Translations under genes and position numbers: made by a program | Assembly (NCBI GenBank): GCA_036785375.1 | Contig: JAWMAR010000603.1 | Coordinates: 682,001 to 746,000, forward strand | Direction of reading: 5' to 3' | Source of the DNA: Leucoraja ocellata | Lineage: Eukaryota | DNA length: 64,000 nucleotides | The notes under the pieces: model-generated | Told to the model about the DNA's origin: nothing | Databases searched by the model: none | Seen by the model: the letters and a program-made list of their open reading frames with translations, nothing else | Shown: one piece after another, positions 52,233-64,000 of the stretch | Position numbering within the stretch: the stretch's first letter is position 1 | How the letters are laid out: the number at the start of each line of letters is the position of its first letter

Positions 52233-52460
52233 TGTGTAGGGATGAACTGCGGGTGCTGGTTTAAACCGAAGACGGGCACAAAAGGCGGGAATAATTCAAC
52301 GGGGGCGAGGGTCAGGTATAATCTCTGGAGAGAATGAATAGAGAAAAGGGGAAAAAAGACTGGAGTCTGAAGAAGGGTCTCGACCCGAAACGCCACCTAT
52401 TTCTTTTCTCCAGAGGTGCTGCCTGACCCGCTGAGTTACTCCAGTATTTTTGCGTCTATT
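52233..52460 (+). mobile_element. Penelope-end mini-element, copy 2 in MNS1 intron 1
   Basis: Direct repeat of 51386-51545; hammerhead motif at 52367-52394 with GCC at the cleavage triplet. Confidence 0.75.
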
Positions 52461-53814
52461 TCCTCATGCAAGAACCGTGAGGGGCGATGTGGGGAGTGAC
52501 AGAATAGCGACAGAATTATCTCACCTTTACTCCATCATCTGCAGAAGAGTTTCAACCGTGCTAAATGGGACAGACTGAACAGATCTGAGGTCATAATTGG
52601 AAATCCACGCCATCTTGCAAAAGCCAAGCTATTCTATCTTCAACTTTTCCTATACATGCACCTGTGCATATGTCTTTTAGATATAGTTATTGTACCTGCC
52701 AACCTCTTTCCCTGGCATCTCATTCCATGTATCCACCACCCTTAGTGTGAAGATGTTTCCCCACCTGTTCGTATGAAATCTCACCTCCCCTCACCATTTT
52801 TGTGTCCAATTAGCCAGCTCTCCCTGGATTCATGCAATTTAACCTACAGAGTAACCTGTTGTGCTAAACCTTATCAAACTGCTTGCTGCAAAGAAAACTT
52901 TTACTGCCCTGTCCTTATCAACCTTTTTGGTTACCTTCTTCAAAAAATCTCAATCAAAATCATGAGACGCTATCTCCCATTCATAAAACTGTGCTGATTG
53001 TCTCTCATCAATCCCTGTCTTTCCAAATATTCCAAATAGATTGACAGCCCCTGTCAAGGAGGAGCCACTTCACGAGAGGAATCTCAGGCACAGGATATAG
53101 GGAAGGAAGCCCAAAATGTTATACAGACATTGATGAAGTACTCAGTTCGAAAATACTGAGCCTTGCTGTCTGAGGATTATCATGCTGGCTTTTGAGTTAC
53201 CCCTACTCCAACTTGTACTTGGCCACATAAAGTTGGGAACAGTGTGGACAAACTATTTTAAATGCTTGCCTGCCTGGTCCCTGCTATGTTTTTGCAGTAT
53301 GGAATGGAATAAAGTTAAAATTACACATCTATGCCATTACCAACTCTCTCCACCATAGGTTAAAAGTTTAAGAAAGAACTGCAGATGCTGGAAAAATCAA
53401 AGGTAGACAATAGGTCCACCATAGTAGACCATAGGTAGCATTTACAGAAACACTTTTTGCAGAATGTTGAATTGAGCACCAAACTGATTATTCATTCAAT
53501 GTTCCCTGCCATTTATTGCATCTTTATGCATCATCTAATAAGAGGTTTATGAACTATTTTGCTTTCTAGTTCATAAATTCTTACATGCAAAACATCATAA
53601 ACTTCTAAAACAATGAATTTCTTGACAGTTGCATCATTACCCAAGATGTGTCATGGATGATTTTTTTCTCTGTGTGAAACAGTTATTGAAGCGTATATGA
53701 AAACATGTTTGCACTGATTTGCTAAAAGTCTAAGAAAAAGATGCAATATTTCATAATTTTGCTTGTGTCAATGTTTTACAATATAATGTGCATTTTCTAC
53801 TTTTATATTAACAG

Positions 53815-54036
53815 GCTTCAATTTGCCCAAGAAAAGAAGCAGCCCTTCAGCAGGCTAGGAATATAGAGTCCCAAAATCATAGGGATGAAATTTATAAAGA
53901 ATTTCTTGAAAAATTGAGTAAAGAAAAGTCTATATTGGCAAAAGTAAGGGCTGATGAAATGGCATCACGAAAGCAATTCCAAAGAATTTTACAGGAGATC
54001 GAACAGGAAAAAATGATGGAAGAAACAATTATGAAG
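53815..54036 (+). CDS. MNS1: MNS1 exon 2
   Basis: acag|...AAG|GTGAGC; 74 codons ASICPRKE...RKQFQRILQEIEQEKMMEETIMK. Confidence 0.9.
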
Positions 54037-54559
54037 GTGAGCAAATTTCTAGATTTTGTATTGCTGTGTGAAATACACTGGAATCACAAATACATCACTG
54101 CTGTGTTTCATATTAACTTCCTTTATTACATAAGAATAGGACCTATGTATAAGAAGTGCAAAAAGTGTGACTATAGCAATAGATTTTATAACAATAGTGG
54201 TATTAAGCCATAGTAATTTTATCAAATCTTCCTCTTAAGTACATTTTACAATCCTGACCAAATTATCATTGAGTTATTTGAATTCTATTTTACCTCCCCT
54301 GACTTTTTGTATTAAGAAACTGTTGTTCTATGTTGACCTGGTTTAATATAATTAATTACATATCCAATAACATGTTCACCTTCACCTCTTGTGTGTTATT
54401 TAGTTTGATTTAATGTGGTAGTTTTTTTTAACGTACTCTTGGCCTTGATACTGCTTAAGATTGCCTTGATGCCGAGTTCCTTTCACAATATCTTGTGAAT
54501 AGAGGGCTTGAGTTGTGTTGTCAACAAATTAAGAAAGACAAAGTTGTAGCAGCAATGGG

Positions 54560-55450
54560 CAATTGGTTCATTATTGTCACGTGCTGAGATATAGTGAAAA
54601 ACTAGGTTCTGTTCTCTGTTTGTTTTTCCCGTTTGCACTATGCGATGCACCCATGTATGGTATGATTTGCCTGGATAAATAGAGAACAGAACCTAGTGTT
54701 ACAGCAACAAAGGAAAATCATTTTCGATAAAAAATCGTGGAAGACAGAATCAATGTTGCGGGGTGGGAGAAGGCTGGTTTGCGTGATGGACTGGGCTGCA
54801 TTCACAACTAACTGCAATTTCTTGGGATCTCAGGCAGAGCGGCAGAGCAGGACTCATACCAAGCTGTGTTGTATCCAAATAGGATGCATCTGTAGAAATA
54901 GAGACATTAGTGCGTTTTCTTGGCCGTAGCAATCAGGGCAAACATTTGGTGATATTTACACAAAGGAACGTGAAGCTCTAGACATTCTACACTTCAGCAC
55001 CATTCATAGAGACTAGGATATGTTCTTCACTACCTCCTGAAGTTGATAACCAGCTGCTTTATTTTGCTGGCCTTGAGGGACAGGTTGTCTTGACACCATG
55101 CTACAGTTTTGTTATTGTTTGGGAACTGACCCACTACAATGGTGTCATCAGCAAATTTGTAAATGGAGTTGTGGAGAATTTGACTGTGCAGTCGTGAGTG
55201 TATAGGGAGAATAGTAAGGGGCTGAAACTTACAATACACTGGTTTTGAAAATTCTCATTGAAGAAGTTTTGTCGCCTATCCTTACTGATTGCAGTCCGTG
55301 GGAAAGGAATCAAGGATTAATTTGCAGGGGGGGGGGGGTGTTGAGACTAAGATCCTAACATTAGGAGATCAGTTTGGTTTGATTATGGTGTTGAAAGAGG
55401 AGCATAGTCAATAAATAAGAGTCTGATGTAGGTGTCCATGTTATATGAAT
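54560..55450 (-). mobile_element. Rex/Babar-type LINE relic
   Basis: NSIYKFADDTIVVG...WCQDNLSLKASKIKQLVINFRR. Confidence 0.75.
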
Positions 55451-56445
55451 GTTATTCAGTTCTTCCTTTCTCTTCACAAAAGGTATTGGAGCAGGACTGA
55501 GTGGTGACCTGTAGGGTTCACAGAACCGAGGCACTCTTGACAGTTAATTGTAATTTCTTACAATAGCTTACAGCTTTGTGTGGAGGTTTGAAATAGTGGA
55601 CCTTCACTCACATTGGGAAATGAAATTTCATTACACTAAAATTACATAATCAATGGTTCTGCCGTTAAATATAATTTTAAAAACTTATTTCGGGTTGCAC
55701 CAGTCAAAATTGCATTAAAGATGCAACCACTGAGTATTTCTTTGGAATCACAGATGTTGTCTAACCTATTGAAGGATGGGTAATTAAGGATAATATGTTG
55801 CACTCAAAGACTGTGGTTTTACAGATGTGATGCAACAAATTCTAGACATTAGAAACAAAATAATTAGAAAAATATAAGCCTGAATTTAGATAAGTTTATG
55901 TGTTTTTTTCAGGAAAAACTGTGCATAATGCAATGAGGTGTCGTCTGTTCCAGACTTTGTATTTAGTTTATTGTCGTCACGTGTACCAAGGTACAGCAAA
56001 AAGCTTTTTTGTTGCGTGCTATCCAGTCAGCAAAAAGTCTATACATGATTACAATCAACCATCCACAGTGCACAAATACAGGATAAAGGGAATAACGTTT
56101 AGTGCAAGATAAAGTCTGATAAAAGGTAGTCTGAGGGTCTCCAATTAGGTGGATGATAGTTCAGGACCATTGTCTAGTCGGTGATAAGATGTACTGAGAA
56201 ATTGGCAAATAATCAAGAAGACCTTGTAATTAGAATGTTAATTAAGAGGCTAAATTGGATACATTAGACAAGTTTTGGATTAATTTGGTTGTATTGAGTA
56301 AAACTAATTGTAGTTCGAATTCTAAGGCTAATCTGTTAATTTGGATCAATCATTGAAAATGTTTTTTTGATGATCGGGTTTACATTGATTGACGTTCGTG
56401 ATTTCTTGTCCATTTATTGTTCTGGACATTTGATGTCTATAATAG

Positions 56446-56573
56446 GCAGAAAAGAGAAAAATACTGAAGGCCAAGCAGTTGGAACAGGAGGAAAGGATAG
56501 CCAAGGAGCTTGAAAGACTAAAGTATGAGAAACTAAAAGATGAAAAAATGAGACAGCAAGTCCGAGAAAACAG
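56446..56573 (+). CDS. MNS1: MNS1 exon 3 (GC donor)
   Basis: AEKRKILKAKQLEQEERIAKELERLKYEKLKDEKMRQQVREN; donor AG|GCAAGT. Confidence 0.92.
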
Positions 56574-57898
56574 GCAAGTTAAAGAAAGATGTCATGTTAT
56601 ATATTGTTCCATTACCTCAGTGCTGTTAATTAATTAGTTCTTGAAACATGTTTAAGAAGGCTCAGGTACTCACAACGGCATCACTGGAAATAAATACTAA
56701 AACTGATGGCCAAAAAGAATTTGTTAATAAAGAATAAACATTGAAATCCCACGTCCCAGATAAGCTGCAGTTACAAAGTGGTTTGTGGTTAAGTGTAAAT
56801 GTAAATTCTCAGATGGATAAAACAATAATTCTGTTTTTATGCACAACTCCTCCAGATCCATATTATGACTTGTCCCATTATTATCCTCACTTTGGTGCTT
56901 CTCCAGTTGTCATTTAATCACTCCTGTTTCGTATCTGACCAACCTTTTAATATTTGTTCACCTACCTTGTTTCTCTTCCTTGCTTCTGTGTTAGCTTTCA
57001 TTGTATAAACTGTAATTACAAAGAAAATGAGGCAGCGTTTCTGAGAAAACGGACAAGTTGTCATGTTTATATAGTGCTTCCATACATTCTCAATACTGCT
57101 ATTTAAAAAAGTTCTTGAGACATAGATGCTGGGCCTTGGCACAACAAACAAACTGCAGGCATTACCCAGTGGGTCAGGCAGCATCGGTGGAGGCAAAGGG
57201 ATAGTTATTTTGGGTCCAGACCTTTCATCTTCCAAAGAAAACAAGTGCAAACTGTGTTCATATCTCTCTAAAGCTATCCTATCCATGAACTTGTTCAGTT
57301 GCCTTTTAAGCATTGTAATTGTATTTGCCTCTACAGCTTCTTTGTGGCAGTTTGTTCCATTTACTCGCCATCCTTTGTGTGGAAAAAGTTGCCTCTCAAG
57401 TCCCCTTTAACATATTTTTTAGAACCCAGCCTATCCAAGTCACCTCCTATTAATTGAGGCTACGCAGATTGGGTAAGAGGTTGGAAGAATGACGAATTAC
57501 CTTATTGAGGTGCAGAAGATCCTGAAGGCATAGTAGGCAAGATGTTGAGAGGTTCTCATTAGTCAGAAAGAGTCAAATGAGGGTTCAGAGTTACGAGACA
57601 AGGGTCACCTAAAATGGAAGTGGCGAATCTCCGGTTTATTTACCCCAAAGAGTTGTAGAGGCTAGTGCATTAGAAGTATTTAAAGTGGAGGTAGATAAAC
57701 TTTAGAAAGATTAGGAAATTGTGTGTTTATGTGTGTGGGAATTAGGAAAGAGGAGCTGGGAATGGTGTAAATCAGCCACGATCGTATTGTATTGGAAGGC
57801 AGACCTCAGCGGCCGAGTCATCCTTTTGTGTTGTCTTCCTATTTCAATTAGTTATTATCTTATGATTTCTTCTTGTGTTCCTTCATTTCAAAATTTAG

Positions 57899-58001
57899 TA
57901 TTGAGCTTCGTGAACTAGAAGCCAAGTTAAAGGCTGCTTACGTGAACAGAGAAAGAGCTGCGCAGATAGCTGAAAAAGAAGCAGATCGTTTTGAGAAGAT
58001 A
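57899..58001 (+). CDS. MNS1: MNS1 exon 4
   Basis: (S)IELRELEAKLKAAYVNRERAAQIAEKE...; donor |GTAAGT. Confidence 0.94.
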
Positions 58002-58397
58002 GTAAGTATTATGCGTTAAGATGGATATTGAAATATTTAACTTTTTTGGAAATACTTTGAAATATTTAACTATTTTTATTATATTGTGCTTCCTAAAAGT
58101 ACTCCCTATATTAGATTTTTTTTCTCTTTTCCAGACATATCAGAATGTAAACTAATTTCAAAAGCTAGTACATTAGGAATATGTTGCTTGTGTTTTAGCT
58201 TAAATTAACAATGTAGCTTGACTAAAGCTATGCCTTTCATTTGCAAAATATGTCTCCTAAAATGCGTTATAGGTTGTACAGAGTTCAAAACAACTTTAGA
58301 AGTAAAAAGCTTTAGCTTTTTCAAAAAGTAAAATCGGTCTGATCAAATAAAATTCAGAACCGCTGGGGAAAATGAATAATTTGTCTTTTTAAACTAG

Positions 58398-58627
58398 AAA
58401 CGTGAGGCTGAGCTTGCTAAATTAATGAAGAAGGAAAATGAAAGAGCCATGGTAGAGCGGGCCAAGGAAGAACAGAAACGCGTTGAACAATCCGTGAGAT
58501 ATCAGAAGGATCTTGGAAAACAAGTTGATGAAAATGAACAAAGGAGACAGGAAGAATATGATGAATTCCTAAAAGATAAACTAAGGATTGATGAAATTGT
58601 AAGGAAAATCTATGATGAAGATCATAG
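58398..58627 (+). CDS. MNS1: MNS1 exon 5
   Basis: KREAELAKLM...KLRIDEIVRKIYDEDH; donor AG|GTAAGC. Confidence 0.94.
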
Positions 58628-59199
58628 GTAAGCTCTATTGCAAGTAATTACTTTCTTGAACTTTGTTTAAAAGAAGCCGTGTAATGTAAGAATATATTTC
58701 TGTGTTTGGGTAATTATCTTTCTATATCTGAAATGTCTTCCAAGATAATCTCCAGTTTCAGTCAAATGTAACATTAAATTATCTCTGGTGTTAAAGAGGT
58801 GGGATTAATGTTTTTGATCAGACATTATGGCCTCTGCCGAGTGTCATAAATTAATATCAAAGTTTTACATTTAATTCCATATCCTTTCAGATGCATTTAA
58901 AGTGAGATTGACCATTAGTCAAAATTGCTAACAAAATAGTATCAATGGGGACAGCATTTGATGTGCTTCAGTTGAACTTGATGATGGCAATATAGTAAAC
59001 AGGAAGATCAGTTGAAACGGGTGCGCCCAAGGAGTATATGCAAGTTGTCAAATATAGTAATCTAAAGGCATAATTCCCTGTGAATAGTATGGCTTGAGAC
59101 AGCACCTGTTCTGAAGCAGAATAGATTTAAATATTCTTACATTATGTATTGGACAAGGTAGATCACATGGATTCTTCAGTGTCCTTTTTTCAATAGGTG

Positions 59200-59480
59200 C
59201 TGATGATGTGGTTGTCAGTCAGAAAAAAAATCTAGAGGAATAAGCTAAAAAAGGCAGTCAGGAGGGCAAAAAGGGGACTGGAGATGGCTCTGTCAAGTAA
59301 GATTAAGAATAATCCCAAAAGATTTTATAACTACCAGTACATAGAGGGAAAAAGGGTAACCAGCGAGAGAATTTAACCCCTCAGGAATCAAAGCGGTCAA
59401 CTCTGTGGAGCCACAGGAGATGGGTAAGGTACTCAATAAGTATTTCTCTTCTGTTTTTAGAGAAAGGCACGAGGACCAAT
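59200..59480 (+). mobile_element. CR1-type LINE fragment
   Basis: aggagggcaaaaagggg...aagaataatcccaaaagattttat...gtactcaataagtatttctcttctgttttt, a CR1 ORF2 linker region. Confidence 0.65.
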
Positions 59481-59612
59481 TCACACTGCGATAGTGGATG
59501 GAGTTTTAAACATTTCATTCAAAAATTGTTAATATTTGTGTTCCGAAATTCTTGTGATATTAAAAATACTAATCTGTCCCAACTTTTATGTTAATCCACT
59601 CTTTTTGAATAG

Positions 59613-59829
59613 GGAAAGGGAGCTGAAGATGCAGAAGATGAGGGAAACTCAGAGGTATGTTGAGGAGTTCCAGAAGCAGCGAGCTGAATGGAAACAAATG
59701 GAACGGGAAAAAATGGAAGCCGAGAACAGAAAGATTTTGGAGTTTGCCAATGCACAAAAGAGCAGAGAGGATGAACGGATGGCAAGAGTTCGAGAACAAG
59801 ATGATCATAAAGAAATGCTGTACCAAAAG
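59613..59829 (+). CDS. MNS1: MNS1 exon 6
   Basis: ERELKMQKMRETQRYVEEFQK...ENRKILEFAN...LYQK; donor |GTAGGA. Confidence 0.94.
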
Positions 59830-59927
59830 GTAGGATAAATTTGTTTGCTTAGTCTGTCATGATTTACATATTATACATACTCATTTTATAAATTTCTAAC
59901 AAATAACTGGCATTTTCTTCCCTACAG

Positions 59928-60035
59928 CTTGCTGCAGAAATTGAAAAACAACAGCACGAACGTGAAGATATGGAAAATGTCCGTCAAGAATTGTACCTTG
60001 AAAAAGTAGAAGAAGCTCATAGACAGCAACAAATT
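59928..60035 (+). CDS. MNS1: MNS1 exon 7
   Basis: LAAEIEKQQHEREDMENVRQELYLEKVEEAHRQQQI; donor |GTTAGT. Confidence 0.93.
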
Positions 60036-60339
60036 GTTAGTATCAGAAAGACTTCTCACCAGTTTATTACCAAGAGTTGCATTGTTTGTGGCATTGTGCA
60101 GGTTGAAACAAGATTATTAAAATGTGCAAATATTGTATTTTTGCTGAAAGATGCCAATCAAATTGAGCCTGTTGTACTTATATATGTCCACTATGGTAAG
60201 AAACTGACCTGAGAAAGTAATTGGTAATTCTCAATGACATCATATCAAATACATCGTCACTTCTTCATTGTGCAGCAGAGGTCCAATTATACCGGATGAT
60301 AATGCAACAAGTGTAACAAGTTTATATTTGTTTTTGCAG

Positions 60340-60597
60340 GCAGAGATGGAAAAGCAAATTCGTCAACGGCTTGAATTACAGAAGACATACCAAGAGCAAT
60401 TGGCTTTCAAACAGAAGCGCCTACAGGCAGAGAAGGAGGAAGAAGATGAGCTACGGAGAAAGATGTTGGCCAAACTTGCCGAGGATGACCGTATTGAGCA
60501 GATGAATGCACAGAAACGGCGTATGAAACAGCTTGAACATAAGAGGGCTGTGGAGGAAATCCTTGCAGATCGACGCGAACAATTTGAAAATAACAGA
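60340..60597 (+). CDS. MNS1: MNS1 exon 8
   Basis: MLAKLAEDDRIEQMNAQKRRMKQLEHKRAVE, the hallmark MNS1 motif. Confidence 0.96.
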
Positions 60598-60941
60598 GTA
60601 TGTTGTGAACTTTACTTGAAATTCAATTATTACTTTGTTTCCCATTTTATAGTACATAATAATTAATGCTCCATGCAAATTGATATTGAATAATATTTTG
60701 GGGGGATTTGATTTAGCAAGATTTGAAATTCCTTTACAGAAAATCTGGACTGCACCTCCGCAGTGTAAATGTGCATGTATTCAAACCAGGGATGATGTTT
60801 TTTAAATATAAATTGTATTTCAAAGGTGTGACACTTGTCCAAATTCAGTCAGTGATGCACAACTTTCTAATTGTGAGAAAGCAAGAATCTGTTTCTGAAT
60901 AAATGGCTTTCAGTGAATTCTGATTAATATCTTCTTAATAG

Positions 60942-61067
60942 AAACGAGAACTTGAAGCACGCCAGCAAGAAGAGAAGAGGGAGGCAGCTCTTCAGGCTGT
61001 AATTGAGGAAGAAAGGCAGAAACTTCTCAAACTGCATGCCAGTAAGCTGCTTGGTTACCTTCCAAAG
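60942..61067 (+). CDS. MNS1: MNS1 exon 9
   Basis: AVIEEERQKLLKLHASKLLGYLPK; donor |GTATGT. Confidence 0.95.
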
Positions 61068-62761
61068 GTATGTCACATGAGAAATATTAGTAATTTTGAA
61101 AATGAATTGCAGTATTATGGGGATTTTGTTCTTTGGAAAATATAACTTATTAAGATATTAACAGATAGTAGCAGAGACAATTGAAGCATCATTTGATGGT
61201 GACACTCTCCCAGAGACCTGGAGTTCCTCACTACATGCAAAGATAACGCAGAAACATTTAGAAGTTATGGGAAATCTGAGCTTTTCTGTCCGCTTGCTAC
61301 CTTGTTCAAACTTGTAGAGTAATTGATGTTGATATAAGTATCTTCAATTATAAACCTATTGTTTTTCCACCACACACTGGTATAACAAAGAAGTAGGCAG
61401 GTAATTTGTACCTGTAGCTTTCTGTTTCAATTGTATAATGTCATTCTGTAAAGGAAAGGAATTATTTCCTGGTCTTTTACTACATTTTGATTTGAAACAA
61501 AACAAAAACATTTTCACTAAAGACTGAAACAAAACATTGATGAAAACAAATGCATTTGTTGCTGCAACCTCAAATTCCAGATTCATATTTTTGACGATGC
61601 ACACCCACAGTTCCCATCACTTTGAGGCTGCAGTAAATGAATACAAGGTTTCAGAAGGACTACACTTGTGGCTCTGAAGTTTTTAAGATGTAAAATATAT
61701 CTTAAGTAAGCTATAAAGCTTATTTGAAGAGCAAGGGAATTTCAAAGGATGGGTCCAATATCAATAGAGAACAAAGTTGATTATTATTGAATCGGAAGTC
61801 TGTACTTGCACCAAAGTTCTCTCACCAAAATATTCAAGTATCTTAGACAGGTCGTGATACTCTGGATTATTAATTTATGAATTATAAAAGTGGGAGGTTT
61901 ATAGAATAATTAGTTGGCAGATGAACCAGGAATATAGAGAGGGGATATTTCCAAAATAATTTTGCAAAATTTGAAATGAAGAAATCAACCTTGTGATTAA
62001 GCAACACATGACCTAGACCACTCTGTCTGAAAAAGTTCACTGACATGGAATTAGAAGTTAAGATGAGATATAATAGTATCAAGTTTTGAAAGCATTAACC
62101 ATCTACCTGTATTTTCTACTTTTTGAGACAATAACAGTTGTGTTATCAAAGCAGCTTACAATGAGGTGGAAAGGTTTTCTTGGTTAATGCAATGCTTCTA
62201 AATAGTATTGCACAGCTAAATGATAAAATAGAGGACATTTGGGATATATTAGAGAATTCTAGAAAGAGAAATCATTTGAGAAAATGTTTTCTCAACAAGT
62301 GAATTGGAATGAAGGAAAGCTGGTACTAGTCTAGATTAGTTAGCAATACTAACATCAGTTGTGGGGTGATGAGGAAGGGGGGAGGAGTCAATAAAGGAGA
62401 ATGGCAAAAAAGTGTCAACATCAAGCATATTGATAGTGCCTTTCGGACTGCGGGAGAGCATGCCTACAGATTGATGTGTGGGGTCTGTGTGCAGTTTGCA
62501 TGTTCTCCTTGTGACCACATGGGTTTATTCAGGTGCTCCAGTTTCTTTCCTCTTCCCAAAGACATGTGGGTTTGTAGGTCAATTGGCCTCTGTAAATTGC
62601 ACTTTGTGTGCAGGGAGTGGAAGAGAAAATGGAATAACATAGAACTAGTGTGAATGGATGTGTTCAAGAAGGAACTGCAGATGCTGGAAAATCGAAGGTA
62701 CACAAAAATGCAGGAGAAATTCAGCGGTTGCAGCAGCATCTATGGAGTGAAGGAAATAGGT

Positions 62762-62789
62762 AACGTTTCGGGCTGAAACCCTTCTTCAG
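62762..62789 (-). ncRNA. minimal hammerhead ribozyme-like motif (core intact), antisense in MNS1 intron 9
   Basis: CTGAAGA-AGGGTTTCAGCCC-GAAAC-GTT on -, inside a Penelope-end element at about 62660-62795. Confidence 0.58.
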
Positions 62790-63207
62790 ACTGATAGGGT
62801 CCGGCGGGCGGGCATGAACATTGAATTCTCCCAATTTTGTTAGCCCTTGCTGTCTCCTCCCCTTCCTGAGGCAGCGTGAAGTGTAGATGGTGTTCATGGA
62901 AGGGAGGTTGATTTGCGCGATGGTCTGGGCTACGTCCATAACTCTCTGCAATTTCTTGCAGTCTTGGATGCTGCTGTTCTCTAGCCATGCTGCGATGCAA
63001 CCCTATAAAATGCTTTCTACAGCATCATGTGGAAGTTAGTGAGGATAGTTGGGGACATGCCAAACTTCCTAACCTTCCAACGTAGTAGAGGCATTGGTGT
63101 GCCCTCTTGGCCACACTTCAACTGGGCTTATTGTATAAATATTATTAAGATGGTAGTGTTATTGTTGTGTTGGTTAAGCTAATTGTTTTTATACGTGTCT
63201 TTGACAG

Positions 63208-63321
63208 GGGATATTTAAAGATGAACATGACCTTGATCTGTTTGATAATGCCTTCAAAGAGACTTTCAAGAAAGGAAATGCCAATCTGTCTTCAGATGAA
63301 GGGTGGAATTGTCAGACCTGA
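63208..63321 (+). CDS. MNS1: MNS1 exon 10 (terminal)
   Basis: GIFKDEHDLDLFDNAFKETFKKGNANLSSDEGWNCQT*; total spliced CDS 1509 nt (502 aa). Confidence 0.93.
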   Translation, partial: GIFKDEHDLDLFDNAFKETFKKGNANLSSDEGWNCQT

Positions 63322-63476
63322 TCCCATTGTCGTATTACATTTCGTACAACCACAACCTACGTAGCCATCTCAAACAGCTCAGTTGCACTTGGATATAAAA
63401 TTATATTGATTCCTATTTAATCGCAGTTGAAATGTATCTGATATGAATATTGAAAGCATATATCATAAATATTATG

Positions 63477-63498
63477 AATAAAGTTTAATTACAATAAA
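63477..63498 (+). terminator. MNS1: MNS1 polyadenylation signals
   Basis: AATAAA at 63477 and 63493, about 160 nt after the stop codon. Confidence 0.6.
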
Positions 63499-64000
63499 AA
63501 TGTTTTAAAAGAAGTGAAATATAGCATAATAAATATTGGTTTTGAAGTTGATGGGGAATTACTGGAATCCAAGGAAGTTTGAAAAAAATTTCATACGTGC
63601 AATATGTTGTCTTATGGTCAACTATCAGCTTAACTGAAAGCATACAGTGGAGGAAAAATATGCACACATTCTGGACCAGTGGAGTAACAGAAGTTCGCAC
63701 TAGAGGTAGCTTAATCATTGACTTCTCTTTGAATGATCTAAATTCTCTCACATACTTTGAGTTTTGAGATCAGCATAACTAATTCCAGTTGATTATCATA
63801 ACTAATTCCATGTGTCTGCCTAGTCCAAAACATGTTAAAATTACATAAAGCAGTGCCTTGTATCTTCACACAGTGCTACAATTGTTACAAGAATTGATTT
63901 AATCTGTGAGAGGAAGAGATTTATTAAATTCAGATTGAGTCATGGCATATTGCAGCTGCTTGCATTGAAAAATTGATATGAACTGCACAACGTAGGTGAT

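Noticed and set aside
51755-52396. Several 70-132 aa ORFs in the MNS1 promoter
   Set aside because: Expected from stop-poor GC-rich CpG island DNA; the real coding content is the single ATG at 52015.
61068-64000. TEX9 exons on - (expected from recalled human synteny and overlap with the MNS1 3' end)
   Set aside because: No recognisable TEX9 C-terminal peptide was found by eye; it probably lies beyond the window.

Overview
AT-rich vertebrate nuclear DNA. The repeat content (HE1/V-SINE-like SINEs, CR1, Rex/Babar, Penelope-end mini-elements) points to an elasmobranch, probably a skate or ray. Two intact + strand genes can be assembled from phase-compatible exons. The first is the 3' end of ZNF280D (6 exons, 306-11301, then a long 3' UTR). 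The second is a complete 10-exon MNS1 (52015-63321, 502 aa) with an ATG-only first coding exon, a GC-AG intron 3 and an RFX X-box/CCAAT CpG promoter. This matches the human ZNF280D-MNS1 order as I recall it. The ~38 kb between them holds a decayed Tc1 transposon, three PIF/Harbinger-type MITEs, Penelope, Rex and CR1 relics, two CTCF-like sites and a possible decayed multi-exon gene on the - strand. The most unusual signals are: (i) minimal hammerhead-ribozyme motifs in Penelope-derived mini-elements, two of which bracket the MNS1 promoter and exon 1 as a direct repeat; (ii) a GC-rich modular foldback element carrying a tRNA-like Pol III cassette in a ZNF280D intron; (iii) the - strand relic gene. 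Family and gene names come from recalled sequences and motifs, not from database searches.
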